Shown here: positions 18,721-28,858 of the stretch, piece after piece
How the letters are laid out: each line of letters opens with the position of its first letter
Position numbering within the stretch: the first letter of the stretch is position 1
From: Alphaproteobacteria bacterium
Lineage (GTDB): Bacteria; Pseudomonadota; Alphaproteobacteria; RF32; CAG-239
Assembly: GCA_016288295.1 (NCBI GenBank)
Contig: JAEEYV010000061.1
Span: 1 to 55,949, forward strand
Direction of reading: 5' to 3'
Length of the DNA: 55,949 bases
Translations under genes and position numbers: made by a program
The notes under the pieces: generated by a model
What the model was told of the DNA's origin: nothing
Database searches by the model: none
Seen by the model: the letters and a program-made list of their open reading frames with translations, nothing else

Positions 18721-19631
18721 TAGTTATAGGCGGACCTACTGCTTCTGGAAAATCAAGCATGGCTCTTGATTTAGCTCAAGAGTTCAACGGCGTAATTATT
18801 AATGCTGATGCAAGTCAAGTTTATCAAGGTCTTTCAATTATTTCTGCCGCTCCTTCGCTAACCGATAAAACCAAGGCAGAACATTGCCTCTATGAATATC
18901 TTGATCCGAGCATTAACGGCAATGTTTTTAGCTGGTTGAATGATGCCACAAGAATAATACGAGATGTATGGAATAAAAACCAAACCCCGATTGTAGTTGG
19001 TGGTAGTGGACTCTATATTGAAAATTTGGTTAAAGGTACGACACCGATTCCTGAAGTCAAACCCGAGATTCGTAAAGCAGTTACAGAATTCGTTGAAAAA
19101 AACGGTATTCAAATTTTGTATGATAAACTTTTGGCAGAAGATCCTGCTGCAGCATTTATGTTGCACACAAACGACAGCACGCGGGTGCGGCGTGCATATG
19201 AAATATTTTTATCATCAGGCAAATCAATAGCTTATTGGTACAAGCAGCCTATGATACAAAAGCTGCCGGAGGCTGATTATTTTATCATAAGCTTGTTACC
19301 ATCAAAATCGTCTCTGAACGAGAGATGTGATTTACGCTTTGAGCAAATGATATCAAACGGGGCGGTTGATGAAGTTAAAACACTCGCAAGCAGAAACCTT
19401 TCTCCTGATTTACCGGCAATGCGTGCCAAAGGTGTTCCCGAATTGATTTCTTACCTCAGCAATGTTATTTCGCTACAAGAAGCAATTGAACTCTCACAGT
19501 TACATACTCGTCAATATGCCAAACGACAAATTACTTGGTTTCGCAACAAACTCAAAGCTGATTTAACTCTAGCAGAGTGTTATTGCGGGCAAAAAGATTT
19601 TATAAATGATGTGAAAAAATTATATAAATGA
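18705..19631 (+). CDS. miaA: tRNA dimethylallyltransferase
   Basis: TTG start preceded by GAGGAGG. IIVIGGPTASGKSSMALDLA, ADASQVYQGLSIISA, VVGGSGLYI, YAKRQITWFRN. Confidence 0.9.
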   Translation: MPQNIIVIGGPTASGKSSMALDLAQEFNGVIINADASQVYQGLSIISAAPSLTDKTKAEHCLYEYLDPSINGNVFSWLNDATRIIRDVWNKNQTPIVVGGSGLYIENLVKGTTPIPEVKPEIRKAVTEFVEKNGIQILYDKLLAEDPAAAFMLHTNDSTRVRRAYEIFLSSGKSIAYWYKQPMIQKLPEADYFIISLLPSKSSLNERCDLRFEQMISNGAVDEVKTLASRNLSPDLPAMRAKGVPELISYLSNVISLQEAIELSQLHTRQYAKRQITWFRNKLKADLTLAECYCGQKDFINDVKKLYK

Positions 19632-19701
19632 TTGCACTAATTGATGTAATGTTATAAAAAATAGTTAAATTTGATTGATTTTAATTTCGGAGAATATATA
19701 G

Positions 19702-20742
<1,041 letters not shown>

Positions 20743-20757
20743 TCCAAGCAAAAACCA

Positions 20758-20787
20758 GAAAAAGCCCTTCAATTGAAGGGCTTTTTG
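20758..20787 (+). terminator. Rho-independent terminator after mreB
   Basis: gcccttc-aatt-gaagggc stem flanked by an A-run and TTTTT. Confidence 0.6.
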
Positions 20788-20816
20788 CATGTCTAAAACT
20801 TTACTTATTTAATTGC

Positions 20817-20972
20817 CATAAACGTTGGTTTAAATCAACTATTTTTGACAAAATTTTGCAATTTGTATAATTGTAAAACATTAAACATTTACAATTAGTT
20901 AATAGCTGTTTCATAATTTGAGCACTTCAAAAAATATCCTTTTCTAAGCATCTCCATAAACCAACGTTTATG
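20817..20972. repeat. Perfect 15-bp inverted repeat pair enclosing a 126-bp AT-rich promoter segment
   Basis: cataaacgttggttt (20817-20831) is the exact reverse complement of aaaccaacgtttatg (20958-20972). Confidence 0.85.
20845..20871 (+). promoter_or_regulatory. Sigma70-type promoter with consensus hexamers, facing ORF 21020-22474
   Basis: TTGACA (20845-20850), a 15-nt spacer, then TATAAT (20866-20871). A 9-bp palindrome AATTGTAAA-N10-TTTACAATT (20869-20896) overlaps the -10 element. Confidence 0.55.
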
Positions 20973-21019
20973 ATAAAATACAAACATGATGAATGACCAC
21001 GCATAGGGAGAGAAGTGAT

Positions 21020-22474
21020 ATGATCAGCAGCATAAAAATTGTACAGTTTTTTAATGACAATCCATCAGAAGATCTGCGGGTTGCTTATATAAATTCACTA
21101 TTTGACTCTAGAACTAAAGATAATCTTTTAGAAGATAGTCTTTTAAGTAAAGGTTATAATGAAGATGAATATCGTGCTAATAGAGAAAAACTTGATAATG
21201 TAATTAAAAACTTATTTTATGCAAGTCGTAATGTAATAACGTCTCCAGATGGTAAAATTATACGGGATAAAAGGAAGGAAATCAGTAAAATTTTATCTAT
21301 GGTTCTATCGTCAGCGAAAAAACATGGTGTAAAATGGTGTCAAGAAGTCGTTGACAATGAACAGAAAAGCCCGTTTATTGAAATGAATGATCGTTTGTTT
21401 TCGGATCGACAAACTGCGGTTGAAGGGAATGTTCCGTACGTAACTGGAACTAATTTGAGAAGAGATTTAGAAACTATTAAAAAATACAGAGAATTTTGTA
21501 ATGTAAATTATAGTGATTACGAAGATGTTGATCTCTCTATCAAACAGCGCCATCAGAAACGGTTTGAAAATTATAAATCGTGCAGGAATGACAGGGATCA
21601 GATGAGATCGGAGCTTTTCGGGCTAATTGCTGATGGTAAAACAAATTACGATCTTTTTCAATTGGCTGAATTTTATCAGGCATCAGATGAAGAAAAAGTA
21701 TCGTTATTCTGCTTTAAAATGCATTTTTGGAAAGATGAAACAGAGATTATCGGTCATGAAGACAAGTATCCGGAATATGAGCGCGGTATGTCCGCTATTG
21801 AAAAACGAATTTTAAATGAGTTCCCGATAGCCGATTATCCGAAGCTGAGAGAGCGCATGCTTCAACAAACAAAAAGTGAAGATACCATAAGAGCTTTACT
21901 TGCGGCAGGCACAACGGTAACTTTAGAAGAATTGGAACAAAAATTACCACATGATGTAGCCAAGAAAATCATTGCTGAAAGTGATATATTGCGTCAACAA
22001 GGTGAAAATAAAAGAATTGCCCAAGAACTAGATAGTGAAAGAGTGAAACTTGAAAAAGAGAAGGATTATGTGCAACGAGAGCTAGAAGCAATACAGCAAG
22101 AGCGTGCTACAAGTGTTAATGCTAATGAGGATTTGCAAGATTTGACAGATGAGGATAGAAAAGAAAGTTTTGTTGCCAAGAAAAAATTGATGACAGAACA
22201 TCCGATTATGATTGAACCTTGTTTAAATTCAATGTGTATAGCTTATGTTTTGACCGAGGATGAACAGCTCAAAAAGGAAATGCTCTCTGATTTATATGCA
22301 ATTCGCAAGGGTGCTAAAACGGATGCCCAAAAACGAGATACGGCCAAAGCGTTTAAGCGTGTTTTGGATAAAAATCCAAAGCTGAAAGAGGATAAAAATC
22401 TTGTTGCTTTGAGCAAAATTGATACTGTTGTTGCGCAACCGACAAAGACGGTTAAAAAACAAGTAACAAGATAG
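21020..22474 (+). CDS. Hypothetical protein (485 aa) with a charged coiled-coil-like C-terminal half
   Basis: Start at MISSIKIV (ATG 21020) has GGGAGAG 8 nt upstream. No signal peptide and no recognisable motif. K/E-rich segment ENKRIAQELDSERVKLEKEKDYVQRELEAIQQE. Confidence 0.6.
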   Translation: MISSIKIVQFFNDNPSEDLRVAYINSLFDSRTKDNLLEDSLLSKGYNEDEYRANREKLDNVIKNLFYASRNVITSPDGKIIRDKRKEISKILSMVLSSAKKHGVKWCQEVVDNEQKSPFIEMNDRLFSDRQTAVEGNVPYVTGTNLRRDLETIKKYREFCNVNYSDYEDVDLSIKQRHQKRFENYKSCRNDRDQMRSELFGLIADGKTNYDLFQLAEFYQASDEEKVSLFCFKMHFWKDETEIIGHEDKYPEYERGMSAIEKRILNEFPIADYPKLRERMLQQTKSEDTIRALLAAGTTVTLEELEQKLPHDVAKKIIAESDILRQQGENKRIAQELDSERVKLEKEKDYVQRELEAIQQERATSVNANEDLQDLTDEDRKESFVAKKKLMTEHPIMIEPCLNSMCIAYVLTEDEQLKKEMLSDLYAIRKGAKTDAQKRDTAKAFKRVLDKNPKLKEDKNLVALSKIDTVVAQPTKTVKKQVTR

Positions 22475-22491
22475 CCTATCCAAGCAACAAT

Positions 22492-22520
22492 AAAAAAGGC
22501 GACATTAAGTCGCTTTTTTT
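22492..22520. terminator. Bidirectional terminator between convergent ORFs
   Basis: aaaaaaggcgac-attaa-gtcgcttttttt: a short GC stem flanked by A and T runs. Confidence 0.55.
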
Positions 22521-23103
22521 ATTGTACACTAAATGACATATTGCTGTTCATAGCATCTAAATCTGATTTTAATTGCGGATTATCTGGGGCTTTCCCGGTC
22601 TCGGAAATTGCCAGCAAATCTTTTTCATAAGTTGTCAGTTTATCTTGATAATCCCTGTCCTTAATCAATCCATCTCCCAAACCATCTTCAGGAGAATATA
22701 CCTCTTTTGCCGGTGGTTCGACTTTTATTATTTTTTCTTCTGGTTGTTTTATCTCTTGTTTGGTATTGGCAATTTCCGTATCTACGGTTGGTTTTTGTTC
22801 ATTATCCATCAGCTCATGACGAAACCCCGGTTCGCCGATAAAATTATGGTCAAATTCTTTAACTCGCGGATCTCTGCGAGCTGCTTGTTTTTTACCGCTT
22901 TTGCTCTTAAACTTGGATGAAGCGGTGATTCCTTTTCCGCCGGCCCTGATAGGTTTTTCCCGATATATAGGTTTATTAACACTTGCCGGTTGATTTTCAA
23001 GCACATCATCCGGAACAAAAAAATCAGGTTTAAGGCTCTGAGCCCAAGCCATTGTTCCGCCAAGAGCCAAGATTGCAACAATACCAATTTCAAGTTTATT
23101 CAT
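22519..23103 (-). CDS. Secreted low-complexity protein, function unknown
   Basis: Signal peptide MNKLEIGIVAILALGGTMAWA|QS. The rest is K/E/P-rich and looks disordered. Confidence 0.55.
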   Translation of the reverse strand: MNKLEIGIVAILALGGTMAWAQSLKPDFFVPDDVLENQPASVNKPIYREKPIRAGGKGITASSKFKSKSGKKQAARRDPRVKEFDHNFIGEPGFRHELMDNEQKPTVDTEIANTKQEIKQPEEKIIKVEPPAKEVYSPEDGLGDGLIKDRDYQDKLTTYEKDLLAISETGKAPDNPQLKSDLDAMNSNMSFSVQ

Positions 23104-23151
23104 TTTTCACTCTAAACTTAATATTAACAAATAACCTATAAACTATCATAC

Positions 23152-23844
23152 ATGAAAAATTCTGTTTTAACATCAATAATTTGCACTTTTGCATTATTTT
23201 TAACTAATGCAAGTGTTTCTTTTGCTCAATCTGAAGGCTATAATCGTTGCGCCCGCCTTGCCAAATATCCGCAAATGCGCTTACGCAGTTCGTATGGACA
23301 ATTAAAATATAATACTGAATACAATAATAACAAATTAAGTGACTTTGCCTCACGTAGCAAAATGAGAGAACGCGGTATGTTTGCCACTGGCCTTGCCCAT
23401 GTTTATGTTGATTGGAAAGTATCTCTACATACAAATATTCAAAATTTTAATGAGTATACCTGTGTTATTCCTACAAGTGTTGACATTTTTTTCGGATATC
23501 GTGACCCGGTTATTTACCTTAGCAAAGACCTCAAACCCGGTACTTGTAAATATGAAATTGTACTTCGCCATGAACAGCAACATCACCAGATTAACAAAGC
23601 TGTTCTTGATTACTACCTTCCAATATTACAGAAAAAGTTTTTTCAAGAGTTGGCAAATCTTAAACCTATAGAAGTTCCTCAGGACAAAACCGCTCAAGAC
23701 ATAGCTAATCAACTAAACACACAATATACCAATGCGATTAATCAATATGTTAAGCGTTTTCAAATTACTTTACAGGTTGAGCAAGATCGACTTGATAATC
23801 TTAAAAACTATCAATACGAAGAAAAATTGTGTCGTAAATTTTAA
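23152..23844 (+). CDS. Secreted putative zinc metallopeptidase (DUF922-like, tentative)
   Basis: Signal peptide ...LTNASVSFA|QS. HExxH motif in LRHEQQHHQI, which resembles the DUF922 HEQ.H motif. Confidence 0.4.
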   Translation: MKNSVLTSIICTFALFLTNASVSFAQSEGYNRCARLAKYPQMRLRSSYGQLKYNTEYNNNKLSDFASRSKMRERGMFATGLAHVYVDWKVSLHTNIQNFNEYTCVIPTSVDIFFGYRDPVIYLSKDLKPGTCKYEIVLRHEQQHHQINKAVLDYYLPILQKKFFQELANLKPIEVPQDKTAQDIANQLNTQYTNAINQYVKRFQITLQVEQDRLDNLKNYQYEEKLCRKF

Positions 23845-25574
23845 TTGCTGTATGCAGCCTCGATCATTTTTGCTCGCTTATCATCAATATCATAATTTGC
23901 TTTGACATTCAGTTGCGGAGCAATAGCGGTAATAATTTCGCCTGCCGTAGGTACAGTATTCCATCCCGAAGTTGCAAATCCGAAAGTTTCTTTACTGGCT
24001 TTAGGTTCATCCATCATCAAGAACAGAGCGTATTTAGGGGCTGATACCGGAAAAGTAGCCATAAATGACGTCATAACTTTCTTATCAATATAGCGTCCGT
24101 TCACCAGTTTTTGCGCAGTTCCGGTTTTTCCGGCAACTTCATATCCGGCCACATTTGCTCTTTTACCGGAACCTTTGACTACTACACCTCGAAGCAGAGT
24201 ACGCATTTTTTCAGAAGTTTGTTCAGACATCACTCTCTTTCCTTCAGGAGCATCGTCTTGTTTTATCAATGTCGGGTTATGATAAATTCCACCATTCACC
24301 ACAGCTGAAAAAGCAGATATAAGATGCAAAGGTGTTAATGATATTCCGTATCCGTAGGCAACAGTTGCGGTTGTTTCTTCTCCCCAGCGTTTAGGCACAT
24401 TCGGATGCGCTTTCTCTGTAACCTCAAAAGTTTTCAACGTATCAAAAAAGCCCAACTTACGCAGGAAATTTTGCTGTGTTTTTTTACCAACTTTAAGAGC
24501 AATTTGTGCAGATCCGATATTTGACGAGTGAATCAATATTTCTTGCAAGTCAAGCCAACGGTTCTCGCCACGATAGTCCTTAATAACGTTATAACGCAAC
24601 CTCAAAGGTTTTGTAGCATCAAATTTATCAGTAAGACTAATTTTTCCGCTATCTAATCCCATTGCGGCATTAAAAATCTTTAATACCGACCCCGGTTCGT
24701 ACAATCCCTTGGTGGTAAAGTTAAATTGTTCACGTTCATCAGGCATGGCGTTAAGATTGGGATCAAAATCAGGCAATGACAGCATTGCCAATACTTCTCC
24801 GGTATTAACATCCATCAAAATAGCTGATCCGCCGATAGCATTAAACTTTTCAATTGCTTTTGATAGTTTTGCTCTGATTGTATCTTGTACTCCGGCATCA
24901 ATACTGAGTTTTAGCGGTACATCAGAAGTAGTAAGACGTTCATTTAATTGTTTTTCAATACCTGAAATACCGATGTTATCAATATTTGTTTTTCCCAATA
25001 TATGTGAAAACAGATTTTTGTGCGGATAAACCCGTTTTTCCATATTCTCAAACTCAAGCCCCTCAATACCTAAGGCATAAATTTGATATTTTTGTGCTAA
25101 TGACAAATTTCTTTTAACATAAACAAATTTACTTTTTTTATTAAGCCTTGCCAAAATATCTTCATACAATACGTCAGGTATCAATTCGCAAAGTTTTGCG
25201 GCGACATCTTCTTTATTTTTGACTTTATATGGCTTGGCATAAAGGTTTACTGTCGGTAATGATGTAGCAATAATTGCTCCGTTTCGATCAACAATGTCAG
25301 CTCGTGTTATCGGATTGGCAACCGTAATTTGAGGTAATTCTTCATCATTTTCTTTTGTTTTAGCAGAAGGATTATATCCACTCCAACATACAGCAAAAGT
25401 GCGTACAGCAATGCAAATATAAATCATCGCCACACCCAGCACAGCCCAACTCATACGCATTTTGCAACTGGCCAAAGGATCATTTTCAATATTATAATTG
25501 CAAAACGAGCGATTTACCTTAATTTCCTCGCCCGGCATATAAAATTTATATTTCCTTTTAAACCACCACTTCAT
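23841..25574 (-). CDS. ftsI: Peptidoglycan D,D-transpeptidase FtsI (PBP3)
   Basis: N-terminal transmembrane helix. Transpeptidase motifs SxxK (GSVLKIF), SxN (HSSNIGS) and KTG (AGKTGTAQ). Position downstream of ftsL. Confidence 0.9.
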   Translation of the reverse strand: MKWWFKRKYKFYMPGEEIKVNRSFCNYNIENDPLASCKMRMSWAVLGVAMIYICIAVRTFAVCWSGYNPSAKTKENDEELPQITVANPITRADIVDRNGAIIATSLPTVNLYAKPYKVKNKEDVAAKLCELIPDVLYEDILARLNKKSKFVYVKRNLSLAQKYQIYALGIEGLEFENMEKRVYPHKNLFSHILGKTNIDNIGISGIEKQLNERLTTSDVPLKLSIDAGVQDTIRAKLSKAIEKFNAIGGSAILMDVNTGEVLAMLSLPDFDPNLNAMPDEREQFNFTTKGLYEPGSVLKIFNAAMGLDSGKISLTDKFDATKPLRLRYNVIKDYRGENRWLDLQEILIHSSNIGSAQIALKVGKKTQQNFLRKLGFFDTLKTFEVTEKAHPNVPKRWGEETTATVAYGYGISLTPLHLISAFSAVVNGGIYHNPTLIKQDDAPEGKRVMSEQTSEKMRTLLRGVVVKGSGKRANVAGYEVAGKTGTAQKLVNGRYIDKKVMTSFMATFPVSAPKYALFLMMDEPKASKETFGFATSGWNTVPTAGEIITAIAPQLNVKANYDIDDKRAKMIEAAYSN

Positions 25575-25582
25575 TTTAATCT

Positions 25583-25969
25583 CTATTGTTGAGCTTTAGC
25601 CAATTTATGTAATTCTTTATTTGCAATAGCTTGATTTGTAATGTTTTGACGAGCCAACATTTTGCGAGTAGCGGCATCTGATTCATATTCAAACGGCAAC
25701 AAAGCATAATTAATGATTTGTTCCGGCTTTATAGGTTCCAAAGCAATATGCTTAGCCGCCAAATTGCGCAATCTTTCCGGATTATTCAAATGGCTCCATT
25801 CAGCTTTCAAAATATGAATAGACTTTACATCTTCATTGATACGATTATTAATTTGCCCCAATTCTTTTTCCAAATCCTCAACACAGTTTTTCATTACAAA
25901 AACCATGAATGCGGCAAAAAATGTAAGTGTGAGCCATAAACATATAGTAGCGGATCTGGTATTATTCAT
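25583..25969 (-). CDS. ftsL: Cell division protein FtsL (alphaproteobacterial type)
   Basis: Single transmembrane helix followed by a coiled coil: LKAEWSHLNNPERLRNLAAKHIALEPI. Sits between rsmH and ftsI, and its start overlaps the rsmH stop. Confidence 0.6.
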   Translation of the reverse strand: MNNTRSATICLWLTLTFFAAFMVFVMKNCVEDLEKELGQINNRINEDVKSIHILKAEWSHLNNPERLRNLAAKHIALEPIKPEQIINYALLPFEYESDAATRKMLARQNITNQAIANKELHKLAKAQQ

Positions 25970-26889
25970 TTTTGTATCTCCGAGATTTTAGTCGCATATC
26001 GCAATTTTGCTGAATGAGCGCGCGAATTTGCAGCTATTTCTTCTTTTGTTGGAAGGATAGCTTTTGAAGGTTGATAAATTTCATGTTGATTATTTTCCGG
26101 AACTTCCGGCATATAACGAGAAACGTGAGCTTTTTTGCCGGCTTTCTCATTAAAAAACTTTTTGACTATGCGGTCTTCAAGTGAGTGGAAAGTAACAACC
26201 ACCATTTTTCCGCCGTCTTTCAAAATAGCCAAACCGTTATTAAGCCCGCGTTCCAACTCACCCAGTTCATCATTGACCGCAATGCGCAGCGCTTGAAAAG
26301 TTCTGGTTGCGGGATCGGGTTGAGCTGGTTTTTTATGAATAACTTGATAAATTATTTCTGCTAACTGACGAGTTGTCATTATAGGGGACTTTTGACGTTC
26401 AAGCACGATTTTATTTGCAATCTGACGTGATTTTTTTTCTTCCCCATATTGATAAATAATATCTGCCAACTCTTTTTCTGACGTTTTATTGACCAAATCA
26501 TAGGCAGACATTCCGTCGCAAGACATTCGCATATCAAGTTTTGCATCTTTTGCATAAGAAAACCCACGTTCGGCCTGATCCAGTTGCATTGACGATACGC
26601 CGATATCAAAGACAATACCGTCTACTTTTTGTTTTATCAAACTGTCAATATTACCAAAACATCCGGCACAAAATTCAAAACGACTACCATATTTGCCTTT
26701 TATTTCATCAGCGCGCTGTTTTACATTGGGATCTCTGTCAATAGCAATAACTTTGCAATTTGCGCTATCCAGAATTGCTTGTGTGTAACCGCCGTTGCCG
26801 AAAGTAGCGTCAACATATACCTTGCCGTCGGCAGGAGCCAAACTCTGCAACACCTCGTTGAGCATTACCGGTATATGTTTTTGACTCAT
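25966..26889 (-). CDS. rsmH: 16S rRNA (cytosine1402-N4)-methyltransferase
   Basis: HIPVMLNEVL, VDATFGNGGYT, FDIGVSSMQLD, VVTFHSLEDRIVK. Confidence 0.95.
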   Translation of the reverse strand: MSQKHIPVMLNEVLQSLAPADGKVYVDATFGNGGYTQAILDSANCKVIAIDRDPNVKQRADEIKGKYGSRFEFCAGCFGNIDSLIKQKVDGIVFDIGVSSMQLDQAERGFSYAKDAKLDMRMSCDGMSAYDLVNKTSEKELADIIYQYGEEKKSRQIANKIVLERQKSPIMTTRQLAEIIYQVIHKKPAQPDPATRTFQALRIAVNDELGELERGLNNGLAILKDGGKMVVVTFHSLEDRIVKKFFNEKAGKKAHVSRYMPEVPENNQHEIYQPSKAILPTKEEIAANSRAHSAKLRYATKISEIQK

Positions 26890-26892
26890 CGG

Positions 26893-27357
26893 TTAATTGC
26901 CTCCTTTCATTGAAAGGGAGGGACGGTTTTTCATAATTTCCTGACGAATACGTTTTTCTTCTTTTGCCCAGTTTTCGGGGTTCCAAATTTGGAATTTACG
27001 CCCTTTACCGACAAAAACCGCAGTATCAGTGATTTGCGCGTGTTTAAGCAGTTTTTCTGACAATAAAATACGTCCGGTACTATCAAAGCTAAAACGTCTT
27101 GCATCACCGAAAATAAGGTTTGTAAGGTCATCTTGAGTTTGTGAGAAAAAGTCTAAAGATGTTTCCATATCGGCGGCAATTTTTTCCAGCAATTCTTCGG
27201 CGCACCCCTCAATACAGGGAGAAGTAAGGCTACGATAGCACACGATTTCTGTTGATAATTCTTTAACGATTGCACGGTAATCTGAAGGCAGAGAAACACG
27301 CCCCTTGGCGTCTACCTTGTTGACAATAGTGTCCATGAAAAGGAATGTTTTTCTCAC
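26893..27357 (-). CDS. mraZ: Transcriptional regulator MraZ
   Basis: Two SpoVT/AbrB-like halves: VDAKGRVSLPSDYR and FDSTGRILLSEKLL. First gene of the dcw block. Start is ambiguous (GTG 27357 or ATG 27336). Confidence 0.9.
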   Translation of the reverse strand: MRKTFLFMDTIVNKVDAKGRVSLPSDYRAIVKELSTEIVCYRSLTSPCIEGCAEELLEKIAADMETSLDFFSQTQDDLTNLIFGDARRFSFDSTGRILLSEKLLKHAQITDTAVFVGKGRKFQIWNPENWAKEEKRIRQEIMKNRPSLSMKGGN

Positions 27358-27400
27358 TTTTTTAGTCCTTTTTAGATTACCTTACTCTTATGGTATAACA

Positions 27401-27425
27401 TGGGATTTTTTGGGAATCAATGGGA
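27401..27425. promoter_or_regulatory. MraZ-operator-like array: three TGGGA direct repeats with 5-nt spacers
   Basis: TGGGA at 27401-27405, 27411-27415 and 27421-27425, an exact 10-bp phasing, 44-69 nt upstream of the mraZ ORF start. The repeats read TGGGA on the plus strand, antisense to mraZ. Confidence 0.55.
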
Positions 27426-27586
27426 ATTTTTAGTATTTTAACAATAGTTCTTGTTCTGTTCTCGCGCGTACGTGCGAGAGATGTCCTATAACCGCTGAAA
27501 AACAAGGCGTTTTAGCCGTTTATCATATCATCAAAAAAAATAAAAAATTTCTTGCTTTTCCCTGTAAATAGATTAATTTTATACAC

Positions 27587-27977
27587 AGGCAGCCGGATAG
27601 CTGCGTTGCGGAAAGGAAAATCCGTTAATGAGGAAAGTCCGGGCTTCATGGAAACAGGACACCAGATAACATCTGGCTGGAGCAATCCAAGGGAAAGTGC
27701 CACAGAAAATTACCGCCGAATTTTGTTCGGTAAGGTTGAAAAGGCGAGGTAAGAGCTCACCGCGGGGTTAGTAATAACTCCGGCAAGGTAAACCCTGTTT
27801 GAAGCAAGACCAAATTAGGAGGGCTTTGATTTTTCAAAGTTACAGAGGCGTTTCCACCTCGCTCCAGAGGTAGGTCGCGATGAGCAAAGCAGTGATGTTT
27901 TGCCTAGATGAATAGCTATCGTTTTCAGCCGTTGTAAAACGGCTTTGAAAATACAGAACCCGGCTTACAGGCTGCCT
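27587..27977 (+). ncRNA. rnpB: RNase P RNA, bacterial type A
   Basis: GAGGAAAGUCCGGGCU at 27630-27645. Also AGUGCCACAGAAA, GGUAAGAGCUCACC, GGUAAACCC, CUAGAUGAAU and ACAGAACCCGGCUUA (27953-27967). P1 pairing runs AGGCAGCC (27587-) with GGCUGCCU (-27977). Confidence 0.9.
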
Positions 27978-28001
27978 TTGTTTTTAATAAAGAGGATTTT
28001 T

Positions 28002-28856
28002 ATGCAACAACACACACTATCACAAAAGGCGGAAATCAACGGTGTAGGTCTTCATTCGGGGCTTGCTTCAAAATTAGTTATTTATCCCGCCGAGCCAAAC
28101 ACGGGCATTGTCTTTGCCCGCTCCGATTTAGCGTCAAAACCCGAGCTTCCTGCTCTTTATTCACAAGTAGTTGATACTCGTAACTGCACTTGTCTCGGTG
28201 ATGCCGATAAAAACATTGTCAGCACAATTGAGCATCTGATGTCGACATTATACATTCTTGGCATTGATAACGCTCATATTGAGGTTTCTAACCCTGAACT
28301 TCCGATTTTAGACGGTAGTGCTGAGATGTTTTACCAAACTCTCAAAAAAATCCCGTTACTTGCCCAAAATGCACAACGTAAATATTTGAAAGTATTAAAG
28401 ACGGTGTCTTTTACGGATAACAACGGTAATACAATCTCTCTTTCTCCATTTGACGAGGGCTTAAAAGTTAATTTTACGATTGAGTTCCCCTCTCCGATTG
28501 TCGGACACCAGGAATTTCACAATCTCATAACCGAAGATATTTTTGCCTCACAGATTGCCCCCTGTCGCACTTTTTGCGAAAAAAACCAAATTGACTATTT
28601 GCAGTCGATTGGTCTGATAAAAGGCGGAAGTCTTGAAAATGCTCTTGTTCTAGACGGCGACAAAGTCCTTAATCCCGATGGCATGAAAAATCCGCATGAA
28701 TGTGTCAATCACAAGGTTTTGGATGCTATCGGTGATATGTATACGTCCGGATTTTTTATTATCGGCGAATTAAGTGCGATGAAAACTGGACATTTTCATA
28801 ATAACGAGTTATTAAAAAAACTGTTTAGTGATAATTCTAATTACAAATTGGTGTAG
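28002..28856 (+). CDS. lpxC: UDP-3-O-acyl-N-acetylglucosamine deacetylase
   Basis: MQQHTLSQKAEINGVGLHSG..., TIEHLMSTLYILGIDN, PILDGSA, HKVLDAIGDMY. Start moved to ATG 28002 because the longer track ORF overlaps rnpB. Confidence 0.9.
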   Translation: MQQHTLSQKAEINGVGLHSGLASKLVIYPAEPNTGIVFARSDLASKPELPALYSQVVDTRNCTCLGDADKNIVSTIEHLMSTLYILGIDNAHIEVSNPELPILDGSAEMFYQTLKKIPLLAQNAQRKYLKVLKTVSFTDNNGNTISLSPFDEGLKVNFTIEFPSPIVGHQEFHNLITEDIFASQIAPCRTFCEKNQIDYLQSIGLIKGGSLENALVLDGDKVLNPDGMKNPHECVNHKVLDAIGDMYTSGFFIIGELSAMKTGHFHNNELLKKLFSDNSNYKLV

Positions 28857-28858
28857 TC

